Below are positions 1-14,609 of a stretch of 64,000 nt of DNA, in pieces. Numbering within the stretch: position 1 is the first letter of the stretch; each line of letters opens with the position of its first letter. The stretch lies in the NCBI RefSeq assembly GCF_001194135.2, contig NC_069004.1:3315921-3379920 (forward strand). Direction: 5' to 3'. The notes under the pieces were generated by a model. That model was not told where the DNA came from and ran no database searches. It was given only the letters and a program-made list of their open reading frames with translations. The DNA is from Octopus bimaculoides. Its lineage: Eukaryota. The position numbers and the translations under genes were made by a program.

Positions 1-430
1 TACAGCAAATATTCTGCTCAATACCACAGATTTGCTTGTCAGTTGCTTGACCGTAACAAGTTGAGCATGTCTCCTGATGGCTGACGATATGTGCATCTCT
101 GATCATGAGCAGAAGTAGTGGGGGAGCATCACAGCCATGTGTTGAGAGGAACTCTTTGAAATTAGAATAATTCACTTCTGTTAACATGGGTGTTCTGTTC
201 AGGGACATTTCGAGCAGGATGGGCTACTCGACCTGAAGAAAATTCTAACTAGGCCCCACTTGCAAGGTCATGTATTGTTTATCTTGATATGAGATCACCA
301 TGTTGTGCACACATGGTTGTGATACATGTGCCTAGTGTACCCTTATTAGATGGGCAGTCATGATGGGTATACTGGGCTTCGTATATTTTACCCTAGTGTC
401 ACTTTGATGGCATGCACTGCTCTCTCACTC

Positions 431-465
<35 letters not shown>

Positions 466-612
466 CAACAATGATAATTATAATAACAAATGAATAACAA
501 TGAGAAACTGAGTTAGGTAGATGTTTAACATTTATAGAAGCATGACATGATAGAAGTGCAACATTATTAAAGGTGTGACATGATGCAGGTGTAACATGAT
601 AGGGATGTAAGA

Positions 613-1109
613 TTACGGAGGCGTGACATTCATGTAAGTACCAATCGGTTTCACTTGGACTTCTTGACTGATGACTTGTTGCACAAGACTAGGAGAGAGT
701 TTCGATAGCAATTCCTGTTCGCCCGTTGTTGTTGTTGGTGGTGCTGCTGCTGCTGATGATGACGATGATGACGACGACGAGGCTGCTGATGACGATAACA
801 ATGATGCTACTGCTGATGATGACTGATTCTGAGACATGCCAGGGGTTGGCACTGCCGTTGGAGATGAAAACAAGCAAACTGACGAAGTGCCTCGAAAGCT
901 TGTGGAGTCCCAGTTGGTGGCGCCTTTCGTTGTTCTTCTACGTTTCCTTTTAGCGGTCGGCTCTTCATTCGGCTCTGAAGGTTTGCTGTCGTCGGAAGGT
1001 TTGGAGAACCTCCCTCGTTGACGCTGAGACGACCTGACTGGGTCGAGGACTTTCGGTTTCGGTTTCGTCTTTGAGCCCACAGGACGACCGACCCTCCTCT
1101 TCTGCGGCG
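613..1109 (-). CDS. SNAPC4: SNAPC4 last coding exon ([14 protein letters not shown]...MNVTPP*)
   Basis: Acceptor TTTCCAG, phase 1 matches previous exon, TAA at 613-615. Confidence 0.8.
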
Positions 1110-4100
1110 CTGGAAATATATATTCACACAGGCTGGCTTTTAAAAACACAAAAAGCAATAATCAGACAAGTCTATCAACGGTTTTGTAATATAACAATGT
1201 CTATGAGAGTGACAACCATCATCAAAAGACAGATACAACAATGGCAAAAGACTGCTTTGCAATGCTTAATCACAGATCTTAATGGAAAACTATGATACCC
1301 CTGCTTGAAATTTGGTAGCCTTGGATGTGGCAGTACACCCATATGCCACTGAGTCACACATATCATACGCCACCATATACCACTGATTGTATACCACTGA
1401 TTGTATACACACATTGTATGCCACTATAAGCCACCGAGTCACACATATCATTCAAGTAACATTCAAGTTTTGTACCATTAACAATTCACTTACCATTTCC
1501 CGGAGTGCCATCGGCTGCCGTTGAGGATGACAATGTCTCGTCGGTTTCCGACGTTAGTATTTCAGTTTTCACAGAGTTGTGTGCGCTTTGCATGGCATTA
1601 ACCTCGCTTTGCACGGCAATATTCCCAGTCAGTTGTCCCGTAGTGTCATCAGCATGATCTGTCAATACCTCTGTCTTTGGAACAACTTTCTTAGGCCTGG
1701 CATTTCGTTTAGGAGTAATCAGGGGATATCTGACGGAAACAAAGGAAAAAATAATGGTAAATAACAGAAAGTAGAGGAAAGGCAGAATCAGTAAGAGATT
1801 ATGAGGATTATCAGATTATCAAGATAATAGGATAAAGAGTAAAAATCCCTTTCAGTTATGGTGGTGGTGGTCGTCATCATCATGTGAAAGTATGAGAGAC
1901 AAGAACAGGTGTTTTTCTAATGAGAAGATACTCGGCTTCCTCAGCTGGAAAGAGAGAGTGGGGAGAGAGAGGGAGAGAGAGAGAGGGAGAGAGAGAGAGG
2001 GAGAGNNNNNNNNNNNNNNNNNNNNNNNNNNNNNNNNNNNNNNNNNNNNNNNNNNNNNNNNNNNNNNNNNNNNNNNNNNNNNNNNNNNNNNNNNNNNNNN
2101 NNNNNNNNNNNNNNNNNNNNNNNNNNNNNNNNNNNNNNNNNNNNNNNNNNNNNNNNNNNNNNNNNNNNNNNNNNNNNNNNNNNNNNNNNNNNNNNNNNNN
2201 NNNNNNNNNNNNNNNNNNNNNNNNNNNNNNNNNNNNNNNNNNNNNNNNNNNNNNNNNNNNNNNNNNNNNNNNNNNNNNNNNNNNNNNNNNNNNNNNNNNN
2301 NNNNNNNNNNNNNNNNNNNNNNNNNNNNNNNNNNNNNNNNNNNNNNNNNNNNNNNNNNNNNNNNNNNNNNNNNNNNNNNNNNNNNNNNNNNNNNNNNNNN
2401 NNNNNNNNNNNNNNNNNNNNNNNNNNNNNNNNNNNNNNNNNNNNNNNNNNNNNNNNNNNNNNNNNNNNNNNNNNNNNNNNNNNNNNNNNNNNNNNNNNNN
2501 NNNNNNNNNNNNNNNNNNNNNNNNNNNNNNNNNNNNNNNNNNNNNNNNNNNNNNNNNNNNNNNNNNNNNNNNNNNNNNNNNNNNNNNNNNNNNNNNNNNN
2601 NNNNNNNNNNNNNNNNNNNNNNNNNNNNNNNNNNNNNNNNNNNNNNNNNNNNNNNNNNNNNNNNNNNNNNNNNNNNNNNNNNNNNNNNNNNNNNNNNNNN
2701 NNNNNNNNNNNNNNNNNNNNNNNNNNNNNNNNNNNNNNNNNNNNNNNNNNNNNNNNNNNNNNNNNNNNNNNNNNNNNNNNNNNNNNNNNNNNNNNNNNNN
2801 CGGATCTTTGTTCAAAACCTCATCTAAAAAATGAAATGATAATAATAATAATAATAATAATAATAGAGGTAACTCGAATGTGGAATCTAAAAACAGAAAC
2901 AATTCCTATCATAGTAGGTGCATTAGGTATAATAAAAAAATATTCAGACAAATACATAACAAAAACACCAGGACTTACAAATGTATATAACATACAGAAA
3001 ATTGCACTACTGGGCACTGCACACATCCTACGCAAAACACTTTCAATACAGTAACCATAAGAGCATCACAGCAAACCACAGCACATACCCAAGGCACACA
3101 GAGCTGTGCTCGGTAGTGAAGTGAAAGCACGTTATAAAAATAAAACTACTCAACAATAATAATAATAATTAGGTGAACCCTAATTGAGGACATTCTTCAC
3201 CAAAGGTGTTCCAAATGTGACCATCCTGACCTTTGGCATATCAGAAACTAAAGAGGAGGAGGAAGAGGAGGAGGAGCAAGAGGAGAATTAGTGCCTCACT
3301 CACCATACTGCTCAGCTGTTTTCTTCAGTTTTGGTTGTTCTTGGAGCAACATTCGCAATGCGTTAAGTGTGGCCAAGTTTGGAGGGATGGTGTCTCCAGT
3401 ATTCACTGTCCGGTCCGGCTCGTAAGAAAAGTCCACCGATGTCAAATCCGTGCTGAATGAACTGAGAAACATGAGTCGGAAATCTTCTCTCTGGGTTTCT
3501 TCCACTGAGTCATCCAAGGGTTCTGTGATTCGCTTTGCCTTGATTTTTTGGTATAAGCTGTTCCTGGGGCCAAGAGCCTGGAACAGATGCAAAAATGGAA
3601 TAATGATTTTTTTATCTGGCATGGTGGTGGTGGTGGTGGTGGTGGTGGTGGTAGGGGCTGTGTGATTAAGAAGTTTGCTTTCCCTCTGTATGATCACAAG
3701 TTCAATCCCACTCCATGGCATCTTGGATAATTGTCTCCACAAAAGCCTCTGGNNNNNNNNNNNNNNNNNNNNNNNNNNNNNNNNNNNNNNNNNNNNNNNN
3801 NNNNNNNNNNNNNNNNNNNNNNNNNNNNNNNNNNNNNNNNNNNNNNNNNNNNNNNNNNNNNNNNNNNNNNNNNNNNNNNNNNNNNNNNNNNNNNNNNNNN
3901 NNNNNNNNNNNNNNNNNNNNNNNNNNNNNNNNNNNNNNNNNNNNNNNNNNNNNNNNNNNNNNNNNNNNNNNNNNNNNNNNNNNNNNNNNNNNNNNNNNNN
4001 NNNNNNNNNNNNNNNNNNNNNNNNNNNNNNNNNNNNNNNNNNNNNNNNNNNNNNNNNNNNNNNNNNNNNNNNNNNNNNNNNNNNNNNNNNNNNNNNNNNN

Positions 4101-4482
4101 NNNNNNNNNNNNNNNNNNNNNNNNNNNNNNNNNNNNNNNNNNNNNNNNNNNNNNNNNNNNNNNNNNNNNNNNNNNNNNNNNNNNNNNNNNNNNNNNNNNN
4201 NNNNNNNNNNNNNNNNNNNNNNNNNNNNNNNNNNNNNNNNNNNNNNNNNNNNNNNNNNNNNNNNNNNNNNNNNNNNNNNNNNNNNNNNNNNNNNNNNNNN
4301 NNNNNNNNNNNNNNNNNNNNNNNNNNNNNNNNNNNNNNNNNNNNNNNNNNNNNNNNNNNNNNNNNNNNNNNNNNNNNNNNNNNNNNNNNNNNNNNNNNNN
4401 NNNNNNNNNNNNNNNNNNNNNNNNNNNNNNNNNNNNNNNNNNNNNNNNNNNNNNNNNNAAAAAAAAAAAAAAAAAAATAATG

Positions 4483-4520
<38 letters not shown>

Positions 4521-7500
4521 CCTTCCCACTATAGGTAGAGGGCCCAGAATTCTTGTAGATGAGGCTAGTTGATTAAATCAACTCCTATACTTAACTGATT
4601 TTTATTTCATGGACCCTAAAAGGATGAAAGGCAAAGTTAACCTCGGCAGAATTTGAACTCGAAATGTAAAGAGCCAAAAAGAAATTCTGCTAAGCATCAT
4701 ATCCGATGCGCTGCTAATGATTCCCTCCAGCTCACCACCTTAAACGAACACCAGTTTAATATTGACAGATATTTTACTAAATTCTTCAATATATTCCAAA
4801 ATTAACCCTTTAACATTTAAACCAGCCGAATCCAGCCGAAATATTCTAGCAGTTTTGTGCTTAAATCAGCCAGATTCAGTCTCTCACACCAACCCTACAA
4901 TGCCATTCTAAAAAAAAATAAACCATCACATCATCGAAATCTTGAAGCTACAAGATAACACATGTTTAATTCAAAGTTGTATGGATAAAAGAACCGTCAG
5001 ATTTGACAGAGCAATTTGAGTGCTTAAAGGGTTAAACGAAATTAAGGCAGTGCATTTCAAGAGGAATTTGGTAACAAAAGACTTAAATCTATCACTCACC
5101 TTCAAACGGTTGGAGTCGGTTTACGTAATTCTCTTTTAGCCAATGAATATACAACAAGTCTTTGATTTCTTGGTCTACAGTAGCAAGTATAAGCTTTGAG
5201 TTCTTGTCACCTTTTTTATCTGGCTTCTGACTAAAGCCACGGGCCACCCTAAGGATCTCAGATACCCGAGTACTGGGCTTCAGTTGATCCAGTTTAGAGT
5301 GCATAAGGGAATACTACAAGAAAAAGAAGGGATACATACAGTTTAAAGGTTATATGATTGAGAAGAGCATTTTCTAACAACAAGGTTTAGAGCAGTGATT
5401 CTCAACTGGGGTCCAAATGGCCCCTGAGGATCCATATAAGATTTTTGGGGGGTCCACATAACAAAATAGTAAATTGAGGGGTCCACAATAGTATTTTAAG
5501 GGCCCTCGAAAAACTGTTGCTTTAGATGTATCTCGTATTGGTTATGTATTGCAAGAAACAGGTTTCTTTCTCTAACATTTTTACGTAGTTCAACTTACAT
5601 CAGTTTATGTGTGAAAAACAAAATAGGGATTTTGAAAGAAGTTTCTATAAAACTAGTTTTTAAACATCGAATGGCTATGGCGGTGTCCACCAAAATAAAA
5701 TAGTAGAATCAAAGGAGTCCACAGACAAAAATGGTTGAGAACCCCTGGTTTAGAGCAATGGTTCTTAACCATTTCTTGCCAATGAACCCCTTTGATTACT
5801 GTTCTGTTCTGGTGGACCTCCAAAGCCATTCATGATGACAATGCTGATGACAATAATCATTTCTGTTAGAGGCACAAGGCCTGGAATTTGTGGGCAGGGA
5901 GCCAGTCGATTAGATCAACCCCAGTATGTAACTGGTAATTATTTAATCGACCCCTGAAAGGATGAAAGGCAAAGTTGACCTCAGCAGAATTTGAACTCAG
6001 AACATAAAGATAGATGAAATACTGCTAAGCATTTCGCCTGGCGTGCTAACGATTCTGCCAGCTCGTATCCTTTGATGATGACATGTAATGATGACAATAA
6101 TGGCAATAACTACGATGACGATGATGACAATACAAAAAATTTTTTTAAATAAACAAATAACTTACAGCTTTGTCTGTCTTTTCTCTGGATTTTATCTCGC
6201 CAGATTCAACAAGTTGGCTTTGAACAAATTCTTCAATTCTTTGACGCAGTTTGTTCCTCGTATCCCATACTTTTGTGACATTCGGAGAGTACTTCCGCAA
6301 CAACGGAGGCCGGGGTACATAGGGGTCACCTGTAATCAACAGAGTAACAATGAAGGATAGGTGAGTCTTAAAACTAGGTGACAAAGGCTAGACAACAGTC
6401 TTAAAATTAAGACAAAGGGAATCTTGGTTTGGATACCAATACTCAACCTAATAGTTACTATTCCTTCATAAAACGAACTCTGACAGAAAAACACAAGACT
6501 CACCTTTTCTGGAATCGAGTTCCTGTTTCACCAAATCTCTTTTGAGATTATCTTGCTGCCATTTCTGGAGAATATTGTTGAAAGTGTTCTGATACTTAGA
6601 AGGGCGAGCTAGAGGTATCAACTCCTGAAAAATATTTTTAAAAAAAACAAATATATATAGGTTTGCCTCAAAAGTTTACCTCTATCTGACCCATGCAAGC
6701 ATGGAAAAGTGGACATTAAAAGTGACAATGACAATGATGATGATGATGATGATGATGATTAGCAAACTTTCTTCTCATTGTATTCCATTTCTGACTTGAT
6801 GGTCACAGCTGAGATATAAATCTTTTACCATGGGTTCTGCTTGACATAAGCTGCTGACCAGCAGATCGACAACAACAACAACAACAAGAGCAGCAGCAGC
6901 AGCAGCAGCAGCAAACAGACAGAAGTGACCTCATAACTAATGCAAAGACTTCCCAGTTAGATAAATATGAGCAAAAAAACAAAATCTGTAAAAGAAAAAT
7001 ATCTTTTGAAGAAGAAGACTAAAGAAAGACTTACATCCAAAGATTTTCCAGACTCAACAAGATCCGCATATTTACTGACATCAAAGTTAGGCATGAAATA
7101 AGACTTGGATTCATCCTGAAAAAACAAGAAAAAGTTAATAAGTTAAATGAAAAAGAAATTGATAATAATTTGTAAAATACGATACATTAGTATACAGGTT
7201 GCAGCTGTGTAGCCAAAGGTGTCGCTATGTAGCAGGGCTGTGGTTTTCTGAGAAAAGTCTCCATTCTACTATATTGTCCAGCAATACGAAAGATCCTGGT
7301 AGGTGTAAGAGACTAATTGGCATCTCTGGTCAAGAGTACAGGCGACAGTCGGACCACGGATGTTTGTTGTGCACCCCGCTGTCGTTATTTGATTTCTGTT
7401 ATTCCGTGCGTCTTTGTTTAGAGATCAGTTGTGTTTTGCAGGGTTGTTTTATTTTCACCCTTAATTTAGAAATGGAGAAAGACATAAGTGCTAGATATAT

Positions 7501-7623
7501 AAAAAAATAAGCCATTTAGGGCAATAAATATTGCGGAGAAAACATGAAATTCTTCAAGCAGGCTTGAAGTCTTATGCAAAATCTGTGATGAACCTGAGTG
7601 ATGCTGATCACCTGGAATTGTGA

Positions 7624-7700
<77 letters not shown>

Positions 7701-9867
7701 GTATATATATATATATATATATGTTTCATTTTTAGATGGGTCATAGTCCTGTAAATATATGCCTACACTGTTGTTAGAATCATTGACAAGCATATAAATA
7801 CTATTTCAGTGTATGTTGTGTGAGGGGTGGGGATTGATTCCCAGAAGGTATTTTCTCCGGGAGGGGACAATTTGTTCAAACTAAACAACAATAACAACAA
7901 TTGGGTCTTTAAATTTCCTTGGAACATATTCCTTGGCTATTATGTATCATGGAATGGTTAGCAATAATATTCATTGTTTTTATAAAGTTATTGTAGAATT
8001 TTAAATTTATATAACTATAAATTGCACAAAAGATGATACACTGACAGAACCATTAGCATGTGAAGCAAAATGCTTAATAGTACTGCTTCTGGATCTCTTG
8101 ATGTTCTGAGTTCAAATCCTGCCGAGGCCAAATTTGTCTTTCATCCCTTTGGTGTTGATAAAATATAGTACCAGTCAAATACTGGGGAGAGCGACGTAAT
8201 TGACTTGTCTCTTGCCCTCAAAATTACTGTCTTTGAACCTTGCAACAGATGGGCATCTTGTTTGGGGGAAAATATTGTGATCTTAATCCCTCACATGGCA
8301 TAGAAACTGTGCAACTGGCCTTATTGGTCCTAGGACTCAAGAAGAATAAAAACAATAAAAAAATATATTAAAAAACAATAAAAAATTTAATAAAAGATAA
8401 GTGATCATCTTACAGACTGCTTTTTTACAAAATTTGCTTGATCTCGCCATTTCTTGAGTCGGTAATATTGAGTGGAACATAACTGATCGGTACGGCCCGG
8501 CAGGTGAGCTGCGACAGCAGCCCAGTTACCAGCTGAAAGGTAAACAACACAGATTCATCACCATCATCATCACCGCCACTACCATCACCATCACTCATCA
8601 TTTTTATGTCTAATTTTCCATACTTGATCAGACGAAATTCATTGGGACAACCTAATTCATTCTACAGCCAGATGCCTTTCCTGTCACCAATCCTCACCCG
8701 TTTCTGAGTTAGGCAATATTCACCCTAGTCTTTCAAACATGAACAGCACAATGAATGGCCATGTTTTCATGGAAGATTGCATACAAATGACACCACTGGT
8801 ATATCCTTTTTTAAATCTAAGAACTTCATCAACCTACTGAAATTTAGATTTGAAATTTTCACTAAATGCAAACATCTAGAGAAGTTTCGATTATTGAACT
8901 GGAGAACATTACCCTCTCCAAGTTCAACATACAGTCTTACAAACTTTAACCTTTTCTTGTCACATTAACCACATGAAACATTGTTAATTCCCAATGCTAA
9001 CAGATCAAGGGACACAACTCTTATCCCTTTCCCTACATGCTTTTATTTTCATTTCCTTTTTCCTCTCACTCTTTTTTGCTTTGTCTCAGAGAGTAGCCAT
9101 GTTTTATTTTGAGCCTGATAGTACAAAGCATGCTATACAAGCTCATCTAACTGGTGTACTCTAAGAAGCATGAAACTTATGGTAGCTTGCACTTAAATCC
9201 TACATGCACACAAACACACACATACACAAGGATTGCCTAAAAGTTATTTCTAGTTTATCTATTTGGTTGTTAATCAAATATGAATGTAAATATAATTACT
9301 AGAATAACAAAACAACATGGAATCAAAATTAAAAAAATAAAGGAAAACAATAATAGCACATAGTCCTGAAAAGTAGTAAAGTCTGTTACTTGTAGCCAGA
9401 TTTAGCAGCCCTACTTTCCATCATTGAAGATGGGGATCTATTATTTAATATTCATTGTAAAAGATGGATAAATAGGTTAATTAGATGTAAATGGTAATCT
9501 TATTAAGAGCAAAAACTCATATTAAACATTTAATGATTGGGTTTGCTTCAAGAAAGGAATTTAAGAAATGTAGGAATTCACAGCACATACCTCCATTCTC
9601 TTGGACGTATTTCAATAATAATTTATCTTCCTCATAGGTAAATGGTCCTGAGTTAATACCAGGATCCAAGCAGTTGACCCACCTGAAAATGACAGAGATT
9701 ATATCTATATAGGCATGACTGTGTGGTAAGAAGCTAGCTTCCCAGCCACATGGTTCTGGGTTCAGTCCCACTGCTTGGCACCTTGGCCAAGTGTCTTCTA
9801 CTATAGCCTCGAGCCGACCAAAGCTGTGTAAATGGATTTGGTAGACGGAAACTGAAAGAAGCTCGTC

Positions 9868-9905
<38 letters not shown>

Positions 9906-10867
9906 TATGTATGTATTTGTGTTTGTTTTTGACCCCCACCACCATCACTTGACAACCGATGTTGGTGTGTTTACATCCCCCGTAACTTAGCAGTTCGGCA
10001 AAAGAAACAGATAGAATAAGTACTAGGCTTACAAAGAAGTCCTGGGGTCAATTTGTTTGACTAAAGGTGGTNNNNNNNNNNNNNNNNNNNNNNNNNNNNN
10101 NNNNNNNNNNNNNNNNNNNNNNNNNNNNNNNNNNNNNNNNNNNNNNNNNNNNNNNNNNNNNNNNNNNNNNNNNNNNNNNNNNNNNNNNNNNNNNNNNNNN
10201 NNNNNNNNNNNNNNNNNNNNNNNNNNNNNNNNNNNNNNNNNNNNNNNNNNNNNNNNNNNNNNNNNNNNNNNNNNNNNNNNNNNNNNNNNNNNNNNNNNNN
10301 NNNNNNNNNNNNNNNNNNNNNNNNNNNNNNNNNNNNNNNNNNNNNNNNNNNNNNNNNNNNNNNNNNNNNNNNNNNNNNNNNNNNNNNNNNNNNNNNNNNN
10401 NNNNNNNNNNNNNNNNNNNNNNNNNNNNNNNNNNNNNNNNNNNNNNNNNNNNNNNNNNNNNNNNNNNNNNNNNNNNNNNNNNNNNNNNNNNNNNNNNNNN
10501 NNNNNNNNNNNNNNNNNNNNNNNNNNNNNNNNNNNNNNNNNNNNNNNNNNNNNNNNNNNNNNNNNNNNNNNNNNNNNNNNNNNNNNNNNNNNNNNNNNNN
10601 NNNAAAAAAAAATAAAAAAAATAAAAAAAGGAAAAAAATTACATTGATACACTCTAAATTAGAGGTTCCCAAAACGAGCAGTGCTTACCCCCCCCCCATC
10701 CCGGGGAGGCAGTGGCAAAATCCAGATGGGCATTGAAAAAATGTGAGGGTGATAAAGGGGTGGCCAAAAGGGAGCAACGGATGTAAAAGCAAACGAAATA
10801 ATGGGTTAAGTTAAGTTTTATTTGTGAAATACAGTTGTTATGAATTTGCGCATACATACATATATAC

Positions 10868-10898
<31 letters not shown>

Positions 10899-11495
10899 CA
10901 TATATATGTTATGGCTTGTATCACGCTGATGCTCGTTTACAACTATCACAAAATACCGAGACAAGGTGACAGTAAAACATACTCCCCCACCCGCCACCCC
11001 ACATATATACATGTATGTATATTTGACTTTATAGGCACCAATTTGAGACATAAATGAGTAACAGGCCCGTAAAAGACCACAGAATACTTACAGAATCTTC
11101 TTCCTGTGTCCATCGACCATGCTTGATGCTCGGATCCAACACCGTCCAGCGAGCAATACAGGCAGTATTACTACGGCCTTCCATATAGAATGACACTGAA
11201 AAAAAAAAAAAAATTGAATAAATAAATAAATAATAAAATAATAATGATGATGATGATGATGATCTTTTCTATTATAGGCACAAGGCCTGAAATTTGGGGG
11301 AAGGGAATAGTTGATAACATCAACCCCAGTATTCCACTGGTACTTAATTTATCAACCCCGAAAGGATGAAAGGTAAAGTTGACCTCGGTGGAATTTGAAC
11401 TCAGAACATAGCAGCAGACGAAATATCACCGAACACTTTGCTTGGCAAGCCAACGATTCTGCCAGCTCACCACCTTAATAATGATAACGATAATG

Positions 11496-11526
<31 letters not shown>

Positions 11527-14500
11527 GAGCACTCAGAGCATGCGGTCATGACAAGAGTACCAACAAACAAACACACACACATACATGTGTGTGTGTGTGT
11601 GTGTGTGTGTGCATGCACGCATGTGTGTGACGGGCTTCTTTCAGTTTCTATCTGCTAAATCCACCCACAAGGCTTCTGGTCAACCCAGGGCTATAGTAGA
11701 AGATATTTGCCAAAAGTGCCATGCAGTGTGACTGTACCTGGGGCCGTAAGGTTGGGAAGCAACCCCCTTAACTACACAACCATGCTCGCATCAATGCCCA
11801 TTTAAATACATTAAAACATACCTTGGTTCCAAGGAATACGATTGCCAATACGACAGCTTTCGACAACTTCTTTCAAAATTTTGTCTTCTTCTTCTGTCCA
11901 GCCCCTGTACAAAACATTACGTAGAGGGTAGGTTTGAGTGGAAGAGCTGCAGGGTCAGTAAGGGAGGAGGGGAAACGGTCAGTAGGAGTTTCAAAAAAGG
12001 GAGATATTAATGATGCAGTGGTCCAAGTGGTTTCTCAAGGCCAGAGGTCAGTAGAAGTGGTGGGAGGTTTTTAAAAAAAATGGGCAAGGATAAACTGGAC
12101 AACGAGGTCCTTATACAATATGCTGTGCCTAAAACAAAGACAAAAGATTGATGAGACAGGCACAGCTGAAACACCATTGATCATAAGTCTGCTTAATCAA
12201 GACTCAATGGCAGTTTCTTCATGTCTGGAGACTGTAAGGAAGCCCAACAGACCCTCAAGTGGTTATGTAAACCGGTCCTTGATACAGCAGGGGTTTTCTT
12301 CAAGCCTGTGCAATGTAGTTTTAACTCTTTAGCATTTAAACCAGCCACATTCAATCAAAACAATCTACCTGTTTTATCTTCAAACTGGCCAGATCTGGCC
12401 TCTCACACCTACCCTACAATGTCATTCTAAAAATAAACAATCACATCACTGAAATCTCAAAGCTACAAGGTGACGCATGACTAATTTTTATCAAGGTGAA
12501 TGAATAAAGATGGCATTTGACAGGGTAGTCTGAATGCTAAGGGGTTAAAGTGAGGGTCAGTTTGTGCAAACCAATCCCAGTCCTTAGACTTGAAGGTCAG
12601 TCTGCAATGGCTTAGTGGGCTGAAGCAGCTGTAGTGGCTGGCAAACCATAGGTTTTATACTGGAGTGGCCTTCACCAAGGTGAATTGCCTTACAGGGCTG
12701 GAAAGTTCCACCTACCCTGGGGCTAAACAAGAATAGCAAGTACTACTTACCGTTTAGTGAAGGAGTCAAGTTCTCGCCTGTAATGCTGCAAACAATGCAT
12801 AGGTGTGCGATTGGTCTGTAGAGAAATAATAATAATAATAATGATGATAACGATGATGATGATGATGTAAGGATCATTTTGTTATTGGTCACAAGGGCTG
12901 CACATAAAACAAAGGACAATAGGGATTTAAGTGCCCGCAGCATGTGTAAGGACTTTTGAGCGAGATCGTTGCCAGTGCCCCTGGACTGGCTCTTGTGTGG
13001 GTGGCACATAAAATACACCATTTTGAGTGTGGCCGTTGCCGGTACCGACTGACTGGCCTTCATGCCGGTGGCACGTAAAAGCACCCACTACACTCTCGGA
13101 GTGGTTGGCGTTAGGAAGGGCATCCAGCTGGAGAAACTCTGCCAACTCAGATTGGAACCTGGTGTAGCCATCTGGTTTCACCAGTCCTCAGTCAAATCAT
13201 CCAACCCATGCTAACATGGAAAGCGGACGTTAAACGATGATGATGATGATGATGATGACATGTAAACAATAAAAACAATGACAATTAGCAATAAAATTCC
13301 CCAAAAGGGGTGATTAAGGAACCCTACAAATCCTGGGTCACTCTGTTTATCAAGAGTAACATGGCAAGTGCTCCTACCACCTGAGCCTGCATACACCAGC
13401 ATTTACCTGAACTAAGATCGCCAGAGTCACCCACCTTTCAGCAAATTGACTGAGGGTGGGGGGAAGCACACCCCTCTCAATCCTCACCTTTTATCTCATA
13501 CGTCTTCGAAGGTGAGAAACCAGATGATTTGTCAACAGGGGAAACGACAACAATGTCACCACTTGTAGGTCAGTGAATTCTGGAGCAGCATAAATGTAAA
13601 CACGCACATACACACACATGTATACGTATGTATGTATGTATGTATGTATGCCAGGACATCTTTCAGTTTCCATCTACCAAATCCACTCAAAGACTGTGGT
13701 CAGCCCAGACCCAGGGTTACAAGTAAAAGACACCCACTTGCCCAAGATGGTAAGCAATAGGACAGGGGGAAAAATGAAGAAACATAGCAGTTCGGCAAAA
13801 GAAATCGATAGAATAAGTACTAGGCATACAAAGTATAAGCCCTGATTTGCTCGACTAAGCCCCATTAGGGTGGTGCTCCAGCATGGCTGCAATCGAATGA
13901 CTGAAACAAGTAAAAGAATAAAAGAATAAAAAAAAAAAAACATAATTAATTTGAAATGTAAATTGCCAACAGATGATTGCTACCAGAATGAGAATTGGCA
14001 GAAATTGAGACTTGAAAATAACTTACATTCAGTTCTTTGGCAATTCTCTGCCATTGGTGCCGTCCATGAAGCTCCACTAATTTTCTGAGCCGCATTGTCT
14101 CCTCCTTGGTCCAGGGTTTCTTGTTAATGCCAGGTTGTAACCAATTCCGCCACATCAGCCGACAGGAAAATTCAGAGTGTCTATCACAGAACTGAAATGA
14201 GAGGATTACATCAAAGAAATAATTACCATTATAGCCATTTGATTAATTATTTGCTAAACAAGCACAAATTCTAAAAATACAAATTGAAAATGGTTCTGTG
14301 TATGTGAGTATGAGTGTGAGCGAGTGTGTGAATGTATATGTGTGTGTGTGTGTGACATCACGTGTTGGTCGTAGGTGAGCATCACCCTCATACAAGCAGT
14401 GTCGATCCTTTACAAACTTCCATGCAAAAAACATGTTAGGGGGCCCTTGAGGAAATAACACCTTGCTTAGAAACAAGTGATAGGAAGGGCAGTCAGCCAT

Positions 14501-14574
14501 AGAAAATCTGGCTGAATGAATTCTGTCTAACTCATGCTAGCATGGAAAAGGAGAAGAAGGAGGAAGAGGAGGGG

Positions 14575-14609
<35 letters not shown>

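Noticed and set aside
1860-1945. TTTCCAG| followed by a short open frame near the SNAPC4 3' region
   Set aside because: Acceptor comes from a (CT)n repeat, no donor, cannot be phased because of the gap
7190-7460. 103-aa ORF and GC-richer block in SNAPC4 intron
   Set aside because: All minus-strand frames close, flanking exons join in phase without it; probably a TE remnant I cannot classify
9711-9790. tRNA-like A/B boxes here and in many other places
   Set aside because: SINE heads; no cloverleaf or anticodon arm
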